Origin: Lingula anatina
Taxonomy: Eukaryota > Animalia > Brachiopoda
Reading direction: 5' to 3'
Assembly: GCA_051362555.1 (NCBI GenBank)
Contig: CM120640.1
Coordinates: 53,298,788 to 53,362,787 of the forward strand
Length of the DNA: 64,000 nt
Positions 35,983 through 49,975 of the stretch are shown here, one piece after another. Made by a program: the position numbers and the translations under genes. Numbering within the stretch: the stretch's first letter is position 1; each line of letters begins with the position of its first letter. The notes beneath the pieces are model-generated. The model made no database searches. It worked only from the letters and a program-made list of their open reading frames with translations, and was not told where the DNA came from.

Positions 35983-38900
35983 ATGTCAACAAAGGACCAC
36001 CTTAATTTTAAGTCACCGAACCATGCGGAAGACCTACTGAAAAAACTCCAGGAGTTGTGGTGCAATGGAAGGTTCTGTGATGTACAGCTGGCTGTCCAGG
36101 AGAAGCAGTTTAGTGCACACAGGAATGTGTTGTCTGCCTGCAGTCCATATTTCCAGGCCATGTTTGCTGGGGGGCTGGCTGAGGAAGGGATGGCCAAAGT
36201 AGAGCTGCATGAAGTGGATTTGGAGATTTTCTCTATTTTGTTAGATTTTATGTATACTGGTAAGTTTTTTGATGGTGCATTTTCATGTACAACTGTTCTA
36301 AATTGTACAGATTCACAGTCACTTGTTAAAGGAATATTGTTAATAAATTAAACTTATTAGCTAGATATCTAATAGTGCTCTTTATATGTATCATTCCAGG
36401 TGTCCATCATCAACTAGATTAGTTCAATAAAGTTGAAGATATACATATTTATCTATGACGGACACCAGATTTCCCTTGCCACTGTGTCAATAACCGAGTT
36501 AGATTTTCAGCCAAAATTTGTAGAGTCTTCAAAACAAACAGGATGCCCCAACTGCAATGTCCTGTGGTGGGTTGTGACTGGCAGTCACAGGACCCATGTT
36601 CACAAACTTTAAAAGCTCCCCAGGGGAGGAGACAGAGGACTTTAAAAAAGAGGAATGAGGACTGGCATATAAGTGACGTTTTATACATGCCCGTATAAAA
36701 CTTCCCCTGGGGAAGGATATAGCTAGATATCTAATAGTGCTCTTTATATGTATCATTCCAGGTGTCCATCATCAACTAGATTAGTTCAATAAAGTTGAAG
36801 ATATACATATTATAGTATATTACTATTTATTAATTAGTGAAATATATATAAGATGGTCTTGCTGATTATTGCAGTATTATTAGTCATAATGGTTTTAAGG
36901 GGTAATGTTATTTATGCAGGATATCGACAGAAGTTTTCATCCTTTAAAAGAAGGTGTGAAAGTTTGATGTATAAAAATTAAGAAGATGGAGACAATTTAG
37001 TGGAGGAGATGGATGTTGAGATCATCCCCTCTTTGTGCAATCTCTGTTGCCATATGAATACTTGGAAGTGATACAAATAGAACCATTATTGTAGTTGCTA
37101 TATCTGGTACCATGTTTTAAGTTACATTGTATCATTTTTTAAATTTCTTCACTAAAAAACTTTTATTGATTTTCATAATTTTTCAGGTGAGGTAGATGTG
37201 AGGAATGATAACTGTCAAGATTTGCTGGCAGCAGCAGATATGTTTGGCTTGCCTGAGGTCATGACTGCATGCTGTGAATTTATGAAACAGCAAATTCATC
37301 CATCAAACTGTTTAGGTTTGTTTGCCTTACTCAACATACTAAGAATTTGGAAAAATCCAGTTACGAATATTTATTTAATAGCAACTGCAGATTGGCAAAA
37401 CAAGATTTATTAATTGCAAATTTTATACACCTGTGGCAGATTGTATGATATTTTGGAATACTTGAATTGCAGGTATTTATGACTTTGCTGATGCACATGC
37501 TTGCCAGGATTTGAAGAAATACACTGAAAAATATATTCACAAACATTTTCTGGATGTAGTGAAAGAAGAAGAATTTTTCTTGCTTCCAAAAGAAACAGTA
37601 ATCAAAATCTTCCAGAGTGAGGAACTCCGCATAGAAAATGAGTTTCAGGTCTTCTCTGCTGCAATGGACTGGATCAATCATGATATCAAGGCAAGGAGAC
37701 CAAGTGTGTTTGATGTGCTAAACCCAGTGCGTTTGTCCATTATTTCACCAGCACAACTAGAGAAACACATCATCATGTGTGAAGATCTGAGTCTAAAAGT
37801 TGCTCTGAGAAAAATCATCCAAGACATAAAAACTGATAGAGATATAACCTCTTTTGGTTTAAAACCCCATAAGTTGAATTATTACCAAAAACATCATGTG
37901 CAGCCTCGGAGGTGTGCTAGAAAGATGATATATGTGATTGGTGGCTTCAGTCGCCTTCCGGGGGGAAGATGGAGTGACAGTCAAACCCTTAACACTGTAG
38001 AATGTTTTGATTCATTCAGACAACAGTGGAAAACAGTACCTTCCATAAAATTTTGCAGAAGCGGCCATGGGGTCACTGTCTTGGATGGCAATATTTATGT
38101 GATAGGTGGAGAAAGTGACTCCTTGATTTTTGACACAGCTGAACACCTTGATCCAGTGAGCAATCATTGGTCCATGCTGCCCAGTATGACGGTACCAAGG
38201 TGTGGGCTGGGGGTGTGTACAGTGGATGACTTTATATATGCCCTTGGTGGTTGGGTTGGCTCTGAAATAGGAGACACCATAGAGTGCTACAATCCCACAC
38301 TCAATGTGTGGAGCAAAGTTGGAAAACTGGTGACTCTTAGATTTGCCATGGGAGTTGTGGAGCATGAAGGTAAGCATATATATGTGTCTTTAACATTTAA
38401 CATGATGATAGTAAGGGTTTTTTGTGTGAATATGAATTCCCCTTTGAGCTTGCTCTATTTTTTTAACATTGTGATTACTCGTATGTTTTTGATTGTACCT
38501 GTGTACAAGTTTTTAATTGACATTTTTAATTTTTTTGGTATACATCAAACATCTTAAATTTTCATTATTGCCTTATTTTGTACAACACAACACTATAAAA
38601 TATATTTGGTTGGATGTTGTCTAACATTTGAATTTAACTTATCATAATAATGAGAATAACTTTATTTCAGCACAACTACATATACAATGACTATGACCCA
38701 ATATATATATAATTTTGTTAATAAAGTTAACAGAAGGATATATTGCTAGACTGGATAAGCATAAAACATTTTGCCTGTTAAAAGCTACCTTAGAGCTTGC
38801 ATGCCAAGCAGTCTATAATTTTATAAATTATGTGTATTAAAGTACATGCACAGACATGACTGTATACATTGAGGAGAAGGTTCAGGATGAATAAGGAGAG

Positions 38901-41900
38901 CATTTGTATGTACAATTAATATTTTTATAATTTAATAATAATAAAATGATATTATAACACTACCTAGATTTGTCAACCAGGATCGGTCCATCTCCAAGGG
39001 GTTTCTCACTAAATTGCTTTCAGCTTAAGCTGCTTAGATGTCAGACACGCCTTCTGAAGCCGTTAAACAATAATTAATTACCCCCAAAATTAGTACATTA
39101 GGGTCTGGGAATGGTCCCTAAGACTGGGTTCCTACCTAGACTGATCTAACAGGATCGATCCATCTCCTAGGGTCTTAGATGTCTGGCACGCCTACTGAAG
39201 CTGCTTAACAATAATTAATTACCCCCTAGTTGATTGCAATTTAGCAAGAATCCCCTTGGAGATGGATTGATCCACAGTTGGTACAATAGGGTCTGGGAAT
39301 GGTCCCTAAGACCCCATTCCCACAGATTTTAGATCGATCTATCCCTGTGGGGAGTCACTAGATTACTGCCGACTAAAAGCTGTAAGGGGGTAATTAACTA
39401 CCGTGCACACTCGGCTGACATCAATTTAGCATGAACCCCCAGGGAGTTAGGTCGATCTAGATGGATGATTGCCAATAATTATTGAGCAGAATTCATGTAT
39501 TTTTTACTCTACTTTAGAAATAAATAGTAGGCAAATGCAGTTCATTTAGTGATATCACCCTTGTCAAGTTGTCCTGTGAGTTCAAAATTATTCAAGATTC
39601 ATTTGACAGGATTTCACAAACAACCATTTGCTGAAATTATTATCTCTCAGCTGAGTATGTTGGAGATTATAAAGATTTCAGTCTTTTAACACCCACAATT
39701 TACTGTTCTGAATGTTACAGCATGTATTTTTTTATATGCCTTAGATTTGTGTTTGATCTGACAGTTAATTCCAGGAAAAGCACTCAAAGTTGCATGTGCT
39801 ATATGGCAATGAGCAACTAATGAAGTTTCCGTGTGAAGAGCTTTTAAAACATAAGTGGGATATTTTAAAGAGGTTATGATCGAATATATCTGGCTCATTT
39901 GATCCTAGAACCCATGTTTCAAGTATTTTTACGTTAAAGCATTGAAGAGACACAATACAATTATTAATGGAACATGTTTTAGTACATCCTGCAATATGTA
40001 GTATGGGCACTTAGAGATCCAGTATAGATAGGAAGTCATTGGTGTATAGTTATTAGATTTTGTTATCTTTGTGGTTATTGATTAGATTCTAATATAAGGG
40101 TGTATTTCCTGCATTTTATTTCCTTTGAGGATTGTGGGGGTGGTGTAGACCCTTATGTGCTGTACTTAATTAATTATCCTGAGTAGCTTAAGTAATAAGT
40201 ACTGAACCACAGACATTTATTTATAGCAGATACACATGGTGTAAACTACATTATAACTCATACTTAGAGTGTGTCTAGCTTTGCCAGACAGTTTTTCCAG
40301 ACTCATTTTTCCTTATTGAGTGGTGATTATCTTCTAAGTGTATTTTCTTCTAGGTGGTTTTATCCATTAGGAACCAACTTCCTCATATGCTGTAACAGTT
40401 GAGAGTGATTAGATAATATTTTCTTAGCAAAAAAAAAAAAAAAAGCATCTGTTCCATTACACATTTTAACTGTGTCAAGTTACAAAAAAAGAAGTCTAGC
40501 TTTCACAAGTTTTTGCTCATTTTAATCCCCCTGGATACAATGAAAGCTATTATTGACAATAGAGACAGTCGTAGACCTTTAAAAAGTTAATGGAATTAGT
40601 GAACAGGAGGATGGAGAGAGAGATGGGTGTAGTGGTAACTTTGGTCAAAATTAGTTTTCTATATTAGGACAGAAACATGAAAGGTGGCAACCTCCCTCCA
40701 GCCTTGACTGTAGTTCATCAGTTCAAAAATAAAGTCATAAACAGGAATTGTTTGCTTATCTTGGTAAAGGGATGCAAGAATTAAGTTTGAACTTGTTTCC
40801 ATTATAATGCTGTGATATGTTGTTATGGTATTTAAAACACTAAGGTTGTTTTATGTTTTTATGGTCTATAAAACATCACAATTTATAAATGGCATTCAAT
40901 TGTGTGAAGGAATTTACTACATGGAAAATTTTCTCTAGAACACGGAATGCAAATTGAAGATTTTGTCAAATTTCAAGGTAGTTAAATTTGTTTTTTTTTT
41001 ATTGGTATTACATTTGTTCTATATGCAATCAAGAGCTGTGTATTTAGACATTTATTTACAGAACTGACAAATATTCATGAAATACAGGTCAAAGTCAAAC
41101 ATCATCTTGATTGGACCATTTTTCCCAAAGTAATAATTTTTTTCTTCCTCTTTTTTCTGCAGATAAAATGAAAGCCATTTCACCTTCTTCAAACTTACAG
41201 AACAGATGGATTTTCATAAAATACAGGTCAAGTTAAAAAATCAGCCTGATCAGGCCATTTTTTCCAAAAGTTATGGTCTTTTATTTATTCTTTTTTCAGC
41301 ATATTTCATCCACTATTATACAAATAAAATGAAAACCGTTTTACCTTTTGTCTTTAAACTTACAGAACATAAAGTACAGGTCAAGTTTGAAAATCAGCCT
41401 GATCGGATCATTGACGATCAGTTATCGTGTATTATATAATAAAAAGTCAAAAATGGATAAACTCAAATCTTTGCAGTTTGTCATAATCAATCCCTCACAG
41501 AATCTCAGAATGGAGTAAATTGGACTTTTACATTGTTCTACTGATATTTTTTCCATCTTAACTTTGAATTTCCATAGGCCTGAAGACCTTTGCTAGTCAC
41601 ATTTTCTAAATATCTGTGTTACCTGCAGTGCATAATTTACTAATTTAATAATCGATGGTGATTATAAGCTGTTAAGCATTAAGTAACATTGCATCAAAAC
41701 TGATAATAAGATTTTTATGTACTGCCACTACGAATGCTGTAAAAATAAAATTGTGGTACTTATTATTTTGTAACTTACAAGAATAATTGACATACAGCTC
41801 AAATTGGCAAACCAGCTTTATTGGATTATATTTCTTTCTTTGATGCCTTGTTTATTTTTACTGCAATAAGCTTCATTTAGTACAAGTGAATGTCTACATG

Positions 41901-44900
41901 ATGCAGTTCACTAAGTTGGTGATTATATTTCCCAAAATTGTTCTGATAGTGGCATGATAAATAGGCAGTTACCAAGCCAACAAGGGTCCACTGCAATGAT
42001 TTGAAGCTGGGCACTTGTGGGCTTCTGCAGAGTTGAGATTCACAATGATGTCATTGATATATAGTTTCTGCTTTAGAACATTTTGTTAAGTGGGCACCAG
42101 AAAAGTAAAAAAAAAAAATAATTTTTTAGCATCACTTTTAAAATAAAAAGTGTGATATTTTACAAAATACCCATGTGATTTTGTATTTATAGAAATTGAC
42201 TATAGTGATGATTACCAGGGACTGGAGCTTAATGATGAGCATATCTAGTATGATAGATAACCTTCAACATTCATTGAGTGATTCTTCCAATTCCCAGGGC
42301 AGTCCTATAGTTTGAACATCTGATTGAAAAATGAGCTACTAATACCCATGATTCACTGGTAGTACTGAAATAGGTATAAGGTAATTGCTAGTGAATTTTG
42401 ACCTACCATATTTTTAATGGAATAAAAGAATTTGTATCGTTACATGACATCATTATTGCCTTCAAAAAAAGCATGCACTTACATGAGTACAAACATGCAC
42501 ATGATGTAGTGGCAAGTGACATGTGCTGACACTCCTATTGAAGTTTTATTTTTGGATAAAAGGGAAAAATCAGTAAATTTGGAACTTATGGGGGCTTTCA
42601 GAACAGATGATCCCTGGATCAAGTAGAGCTGACCCCACTAGAAAGCAATGCTGGTAATCCCCTAATGATGTCCCCTCCTACCACATGTCCTGCCCTGCAA
42701 GGGCCTAGCAATTAAACCCCAGAGCCTAAATTTAATCTGTTTTTTAAATTGCTTGGTCCCTGCAGGGATTAGTGGCATTGCTCTCAAATGGGTTGGCCAT
42801 ATTTGATCCATGGACCATTTAATTTGGGATTATCTGTTCTGAATGCTGCCAAATATATACATGTAGTTAAGATTACATGTAGTTAAGGCAATTTGTTGTG
42901 CTCACTAATAAGAATAGATCAACAGTGATTAGTTGAATTTTTTTAACTCCTCGGCTGTTGCCTTTTTTGTTACATGTAGGTGCCTGACTGATTATTTCTG
43001 GAAAGACATTTTTTGTAGATAAACCAGTGACCTTTGAGATCAGTCTAACATGTTAGTACTAGTGCTTTGGCTATACATTATCTTATAATTTATAGAAAAT
43101 TTGAGAGGAGTTCAATATCCTAATCAGCAACGCAGACACATAAGTTAGAGAATCATGTTTGGTAAAGACATAAAGACAGATATTAAAAGGTTATGAATGA
43201 TCAAAACTCCCAGGTTTTTAGGGCCTTAATTTGGTTCTTATTGTGTGTGACTCAAATTCCCCATCAGCAAGCTTATGCTTGCAAATGAAAGAGTGCAGTA
43301 AAAGACCAATAGTTTTATACAGAGAGAAATACTGAGATACGAACATGTGATAGTTGGCATGATACTATGTATTAGATTTAATTATATTTTAATGTTTGTT
43401 TTACTTGCAAATTTCTTATCATGGCCAAAGACGTTCGTTAGAGGTTATTTTCACCTCACTTGGCATATACAGTACATGTAGGATGAGCAACGGTCACATG
43501 TCACTTCAAGGGAAATAACAAATTTTCAGCATTTAGCAGGTGGCAATAATTTCATTTCTTGGAAGGACTTAAATATGCCTTTGGACATAATTACAGATAC
43601 AGGATTTCTTAATATAAATTATGAAGATTATTAACACCTGGTCTAGTTGATTCTGAATGATGTTTATGTGTAAGTTGCTGCATGTTACATTTCATATGGC
43701 CTTTTGTTGGATGACCTTTGTCCTATTTCATGAAAAAAATGTGGGAAGTTGGTTATAACTTTTGACTGAAATACTAGGCGGAGCATGCTTTGTGGCAGGT
43801 TTTATAAGTAGTACAAATGAAGATATTTGTCCAGTTTCACATCAGGAAATGAAAGGTTTTGAATTTATTGTTATTTCTACTTTAATAGAATACATTATGC
43901 TGCCATTCCTGTGGAAGATCCTGTGCTTCCCATATTGGGCTTGTCTCCCAAAAGAAAAGTTACTGTTGTCATACTCTTAATGAGTAACAGCAGATGATTA
44001 ACATCCTTGGTCAGACATGTTTGATTTGTTTTACCTCTAAATTGTGAACAGATGTATGAGACATGTACCAGTACATAGCATTTAATATACATTTTGATTC
44101 AGATCCATATAATTTAATTATTATGCAAATGTTTTCCCCTAGGCTTTATTTATGTCCTCGGTGGAATGAGTGATTTGGGAACAGAAATGAAAACAGTAGA
44201 AAGATATAACCCAGCCACCAATGAATGGACAAAGCTTGCCAGCATGAAAGAGAAACGTGCCTACATTGGGGTGACTGTCCTTGATGAGTACATATATGCT
44301 GTGGGAGGCTGGAATGAACATCATGGTGCTTTGAAAACTGTGGAGCGGTATTATCCCAGAAAGGTACAATAATTTATTTTACTTTACTGATTTTTACATA
44401 GTATTGTTCAGCTTATTTTGTTGGGTTTATACCAGTCTTTATAAGATCTCCCTTAACAGCAGAAGTGAGTCCCAAACCCTTCACCTCAGTGTCTAATTCT
44501 TTGACTTATGTTGAGGATATGTTGCTTGTCATTAGGATCATAACATTCCAAATTGAAATGCATTTAACAGACTTGGGGGGGGGGGGGGGGGGGCAAACTA
44601 TAAGTGATTTATAAAGTTTATTGCAATGAAGTGTGACACCTTCATTATAACTTCCAAAATAAACATTGATGTTATAGTGCAGTTTTTTGAAGTTGACATT
44701 TTACCCAATTTTTTACCATATAATACACATACCAAGTATGATTATTCCTCAGTATATTTATAAAAGTAACAAGATATTCTTGTTCTGATAACATATATAT
44801 GAATATGTGTGAACTCTAGAACATGACAGACTTTATGGATTGAAAATTTACACTATTTCTCATTGCAAGATTAATGGAAACTTGTAAGAAAATTACTGAT

Positions 44901-45370
44901 TGTGAGCACCTTTTTCTATGAGGATTCATGTATGTGACTGAAAATATTTTAAAGGTGTTATGTTGATCTAATTTTGAATGCCACCTTGTTATTGTTGACT
45001 AATTTTAAAGTCAATTTGTGCTTGCAATATATAATCAAAAACCAGTATATGTATCTTTTGAATATATATGACTCAAAGATTAATCCAATTAAAATTGCTT
45101 TATTATCTCATAATAATCGTCTGTCTAAAATGACATCTATTTCAGAATGAATGGACATCCCTCCCGACCATGTCTGAGCCACGCGCTGGTGCCTCAGTGG
45201 CTGCAGTAAATGGACTTGTGTTTGTGATCGGTGGAAGAACAAGTAGCAATGAGTTCACAGCTCCAGCCACCTTGGACACAGTGGAGTGCTTTGATCCCCA
45301 TACCTGGACTTGGATTGAGATTGGTAAAATGCCCACAAGTAGATGTGAGGCAGGCATTGCTGTACTGTAG
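35983..45370 (+). CDS. IPP: Actin-binding protein IPP / kelch-like 27 (BTB-BACK-6 Kelch)
   Basis: Exons 35983-36259, 37187-37315, 37473-38369, 44143-44363, 45146-45370 with GT-AG sites and compatible phases. BTB (FCDVQL..FSAHRNVLSACSPYFQAMF), BACK and six Kelch repeats; IPP-typical GGRWSDS, GGWVGSEIG and C-terminal SRCEAGIAVL. Confidence 0.93.
36358..36811 (+). repeat. Perfect 92-bp direct repeat (36358-36449, 36720-36811) flanking a 270-bp unrelated insert
   Basis: tagctagatatctaatagtgctc...gaagatatacatatt occurs twice, identically. Confidence 0.85.
38960..39475. mobile_element. Tandem degenerate copies of the palindromic element found at 50979-51243
   Basis: Shared tacctaga..ctaacaggatcg, gcttagatgtc..cacgcctactgaagc, ataattaattacccc and tagggtctgggaatggtccctaagac; head-to-tail junction at ~39118-39125. 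Confidence 0.75.
41070..41420. repeat. Degenerate tandem interspersed repeat (tacaggtcaag..aaaatcagcctgatc units)
   Basis: Three units at ~41080, ~41220 and ~41375. Confidence 0.6.
42591..42850. mobile_element. Degenerate MITE related to 23986-24169; further fragment at ~47808-47870
   Basis: Termini ttcagaacagatgatccc...gggattatctgttctgaa; 47808-47870 matches the reverse complement of ~42757-42815. Confidence 0.6.
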
Positions 45371-47119
45371 CACCAGCATTAATTACTTGATCTGGCATAT
45401 TGTGTTTCACAATGGCGGGTCCAGGGCAGGGCTCAGACCCTTCTCTTTGCTTGGGAGGTGCCACCTTCTTCCCTGTTCCAAAATATTATAACAAGGAAAA
45501 GAGAAAAAGTATTTTCAGTCTTTGTGCCTGACAAAGACTGCTGTACTGTTTCATATTGGTCTTGCTTCACCTGGCATCACTTAGCAAAAACCTTGGTCCC
45601 CACCAGTGCTTTGATACAGTTTTGCACTTTCGGCAAAGCATTTCATCATCTGTGTTGTGCACTCAAACTTACAATAATAAATTCTACCATCAGTAGCTAA
45701 ACTTCAGACTTATTTCACTTGAATATTTTTAAGTCTCACCTACAAGAGACTTTTATCGGGGAATGAGGATTTTTACCTTTTGTTGGATGAATCTATTATT
45801 GTAACTTTCAGTTATGCATTTTTAAAAATAACATATATGGAAAACTTTGCATAATTACAAATTTAGGCTGAATGTAGTCATTCAAAATATGATTAAATGA
45901 TCATCTATTGTGGACTTGGATGATATCACGAAAAAACATAAAACTTGCTGTTGACTTGAAATTTTGTTTTATTGCCTTTGTTACTGAGGAAAAAACAATA
46001 TGATCCTTTCAGATGAATCCTCATTAAAGTAAATAATTTAATTTAAAAGAAGTATATGTTACCAACTAGCAAATGTGTATGCTTGGCTGATGAACCAAGA
46101 ATACTGTTATTTATCATTTAGGGGTCAGAAAAAAGGGAAATCAATAAGTCAAGCATTGATGGAAGAAAAATGTTTGAAGTTGCAAATTCAGTCCCCTCTC
46201 AATGTAGTTATAGAACATCAATTGGTGCTCCTAAAGAGAAAATTTATTTTAAAATATGGTAACTTGTTAAATAACTCAATGAAAATGATGATAACAATTT
46301 AACTTTGTTGTCAGTGAATGGTGGATTAAGCTATGTGATAATATTAAATTTAATGTATGTGCAATGGTGCAATTTGCTTTTTGCTGCATTATTTATGAAC
46401 CCTAAGGGCAATCCTTTTGGATTGGTTTGTTCTCTGTTAACTTCCTATTTGTATGGAATTTTTTAACTTTTTGGCACCAAGATTAAAAAGATTTAAGCAT
46501 ACTTTTTCACTTACCTCTTGCACATGTAATCTGAGAATCGGAATACAATGCATACTGTTATATAAACCAGTGTCCTTTCTGTGTTCAAGGAAGACTACCA
46601 TAGTAATATTCACCTTTCCACCAACTATGTTATGCATGCAGCATTCTGGTCTATACATGTGCACTGCTGTTTTCAAGTTGCAGCTTCTAAGTGCCACTGG
46701 ATATTGGGCATGCAATCACCACCAGCAGAAATGGGTTGACCATGCATGCCTGTCATTATCTTTGGAAAGGTGAATTGTACTTCCTGCTGGTTGACAAATC
46801 TATGCTAGTATCTGAAACTTTGTTTGGATATATATAAATCATGTCTCAGAAATGAAATAGTAAAAAGTAAAGTTCAGTTCTTATATACTGCATTACATGT
46901 GTGCCTTAGCACAATTTTCAGTGGACGCCTGGTGGTCCTTTTTGGCACTAATACAGACTGGGTGTTTACACTCTCACCTCCCAATTTGGGATTTCTGTTC
47001 AATTATGGATGGCATGTTGCAAACACATCAGTAATAAGTCGCATGTTTTCTATGAAAACAAATAAGTTATTCCAATTTAAATAATTAAGAAATCATTGGG
47101 GACAGACTTGCTTTTACTT

Positions 47120-47271
47120 GCTAATCCTGTAATGGTCTCTCCGCCTCTGACACGCCTCCCCCTCGTTGTCCCTCGACCGGTTGAATTGAGCCGAGATTTA
47201 ATTACTTTGCCCCAGCAGGGATGACGCGTGGGGAGGCGTGTGAGAGGCGGAGAGACCATTACAGGATTAGC
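47120..47271. mobile_element. Young MITE / hairpin element with ~42-bp near-perfect TIRs
   Basis: gctaatcctgtaatggtctctccgcctctgacacgcctcccc ... ggggaggcgtgtgagaggcggagagaccattacaggattagc; CpGs retained in a CpG-poor context. Confidence 0.8.
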
Positions 47272-48106
47272 GGTCTTCCTTTCATGTAGGTACGCCATGT
47301 TTAGGCCGTGGCCTTACTAGCACTCAGCTTTTCTCAATCTGATCAATGTTCAAATGAAAAATGAGGAATTTTGTAACAAAGGTTAGGTAAAATGCATCCA
47401 TATTTGTTTTAATTATTTAAGCTAAAAGCTTACTTTAGAAGCAGAATTCTGGATTTGTGGCATTACAAATATAACATTATAAAATTGTGAAATGAATATA
47501 AATGTTTATTCAAGTCAACAAATTGTTACAAAAAGGTGTTTTGCTTACTTTTCAAGAAATATAAAGGAGATTCTGTACTATATACATATAATTATATTTA
47601 CCACTACACCTGTACTGGACACTTTTCATCGCAGATATGTTGAACCATGCGTCTATAGAATTCACACTCCACATTTTAACCAAATTCCCTTTTGATATTT
47701 TCTTAGTATAGTAAGGGAGGTTAGGTAAAACTGTGTTCTGTCATTTAAAAACCATTGAAAGTGTCTAAAGATACTGTAAAGCTACATTCACAACAGCAGA
47801 CCTACAAGTCCACGGATCAAACTATGGCCAACCCACTTGAATGCTTATTGGGTAATCCCTGCAGGGAATCTATGCAGTGGCTCTTAGGGGATAAGATTGC
47901 AGTCTTTAACTAGTGTGTGAGCTTTAAGTGGCTCACCATATTTGACTAGTTAGTCAGCTGTTCTGAGTGTGGCCTTAAACAACACTTGCTGTTCCCAGAG
48001 CAAGATGGATCTTGTAGTTTCTAGAGAATGTTTTCAGAACTGTAATACTTCCTTAATGGCCTCCTTTCTTTTGACCTGAATCTTTTCTTCAGACCAACAG
48101 GTTACA

Positions 48107-48396
48107 TCCCTATACTTCCCTGCACCGATACTCCCCCGCACCAATACTCCCCCACATCGATACTTTCCCTCAGTATCGATGCAGGGAAGCAATGATGTGG
48201 GGGAGTAACGGTGCGCCTACATCAGCAATTTTACTGGGGATGTATCGATGCGGGGATCTATCGATGTGGGGGATTATTGATGTGCATAATACACAGAAAT
48301 TTACTAAGGGGGGATAATTGGTGCAGGGGAGTATCGGTGCAGGGGAGTAACGGTGCGGGGGAGTATAGGTGCGGGGGAGTATCGACATGACCCCGA
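48107..48396. mobile_element. Fold-back element built of inverted 15-bp tandem units (gatactcccccgcacc)
   Basis: Left arm (atactcccccgcacc)n, right arm (ggtgcgggggagta)n ending gtatcgacatgacccc. Confidence 0.7.
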
Positions 48397-48399
48397 CCA

Positions 48400-49975
48400 A
48401 CACCACGTGGCAGTGAGAGTCAAATGCCAGAGGTGTCTGTGGCAGTTCTTTCATGTCATCTATACTGCTGATCAACATCTTAAAATGATCTGATTAGGCT
48501 AAATTGCTTACCTGGAATGAGTTCTACGTTCTGCTAGAGCAGAAGGGGCCACACAGCACATCTTGGGGACCAATTCCAGTTGCAGGATCTGAGGAAGCTG
48601 GTGATGCAAGCCACTACACTACCCCCTCTTCTGAATAAACATTCGGGGCATACTGAGACTGTTGTTGCTTCAGCTCACTAAACATGTTAAACAGCTTGCC
48701 ATGGTGTGCCCTGCTTTGACCACATGGCATGGCCAGAGAGGGCCCTTGGCAAACATCCAGCACTGTGGAACTCTGCAAGGACCCTGAAAGTGGTGTAGGT
48801 GGATCAGCTGATCCCTCCTCCCCAGAATGCACTGGATGAGTATCAGGAAGGAGAACTGGGTGTGGTTCTCACCTGGCAACACTGCAGTACAGCACAAGGA
48901 CCTGTGCTGCACTTCTCCAGCCTTTGACTCCCTCAGGCCTGGGGGACCATGCGGTCAATCCCCACCTCCCAGAGTGGTGACATCTGGAGAGGACAGGAGG
49001 GCCTCTTTGTGCAGATATGACGCGTCCCTCACCTGCTTCTTAAGGTGAAGCCCCATAGCTCGGCATAGGCTCATTTTTTTGAGAATGGGCAGTTCCTTGG
49101 GTCCTGGGCCAGATGTCATGTAGAACACTGCTGTTTGCCCCATGAGCCTGAATGGATAGCAGACTCATTGTCCCTGCCATTCACCTCTTCAGTGAGGAAG
49201 AGAAACCCCTTGCCCATACGCAGGGAGGCTTGATCTAGGTAGAAATGGGAGTCAAGCCCTTCAGGGAGGCTGGACAAATGACTGCTCTTCTCTTTGAAGG
49301 GAGTAAATGGGTCCCATCAATCAACTCTGAGGCTGTTCCAGGAGGACGGCCATCCTGAGCAGGAACCTCCAATGGAGGAGGGCATGTAGCCCATTGCCCC
49401 TGGCCTTGACCCGAAAAGGACCCTCTGAACTTCCAAATAAAATGCTACTTAACTCCCACATGGCCAGCTCCAGCTAGGGACTGATCTCCTTATTTCGCTG
49501 TGGGAAACCCAATGGCCCATTGTACCTCAGGAGCTGAACCAGGGTGGAATCTGGAATTTCAGCTCCTTCTGTTAACAGCAACCCTGCCAGTCAAACTGTC
49601 CAGAAAGATGTGAGGCAGGTGATTTACAAAGACCCGATTCTTCATTTTATGGCCACCACAGTTAGGAGCAGTGCAGCTGCCGCCGTCATGGTGACACAAC
49701 ACGGAGACGATGGTACCGCCACCTGCCGCTGTGCTGGCTTACCGCATATTGTTAGAGGAAGTGGCCACATCAGATGGAATCGCTTCCTTAGTGACTGCAG
49801 ATTTAAGTCTCGAGTATCTACCATGCTCTGTCCTTCTGGCGGGCCGATATCTTAACTCCACCTACTATGTCCACTCCACCAGAGGACACGAGGAGTAGGG
49901 TGGCGGCGCCCCTTAGCATATGTCCCACGCCTCACAAGATGTCGCGCACCTCTCGTGAGACTTGTCTTGAGAGAC
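48400..49975. mobile_element. GC-rich decayed coding-like insertion (possible retroelement remnant)
   Basis: Abrupt rise in GC, many short fragmented ORFs, no intact long frame and no recognisable RT/integrase/recombinase motif. Class not determined. Confidence 0.3.

Noticed and set aside
48107-48396. CRISPR-like repeat array
   Set aside because: 15-bp units are contiguous, inverted between the arms and lack unique spacers; eukaryotic context with no cas genes.
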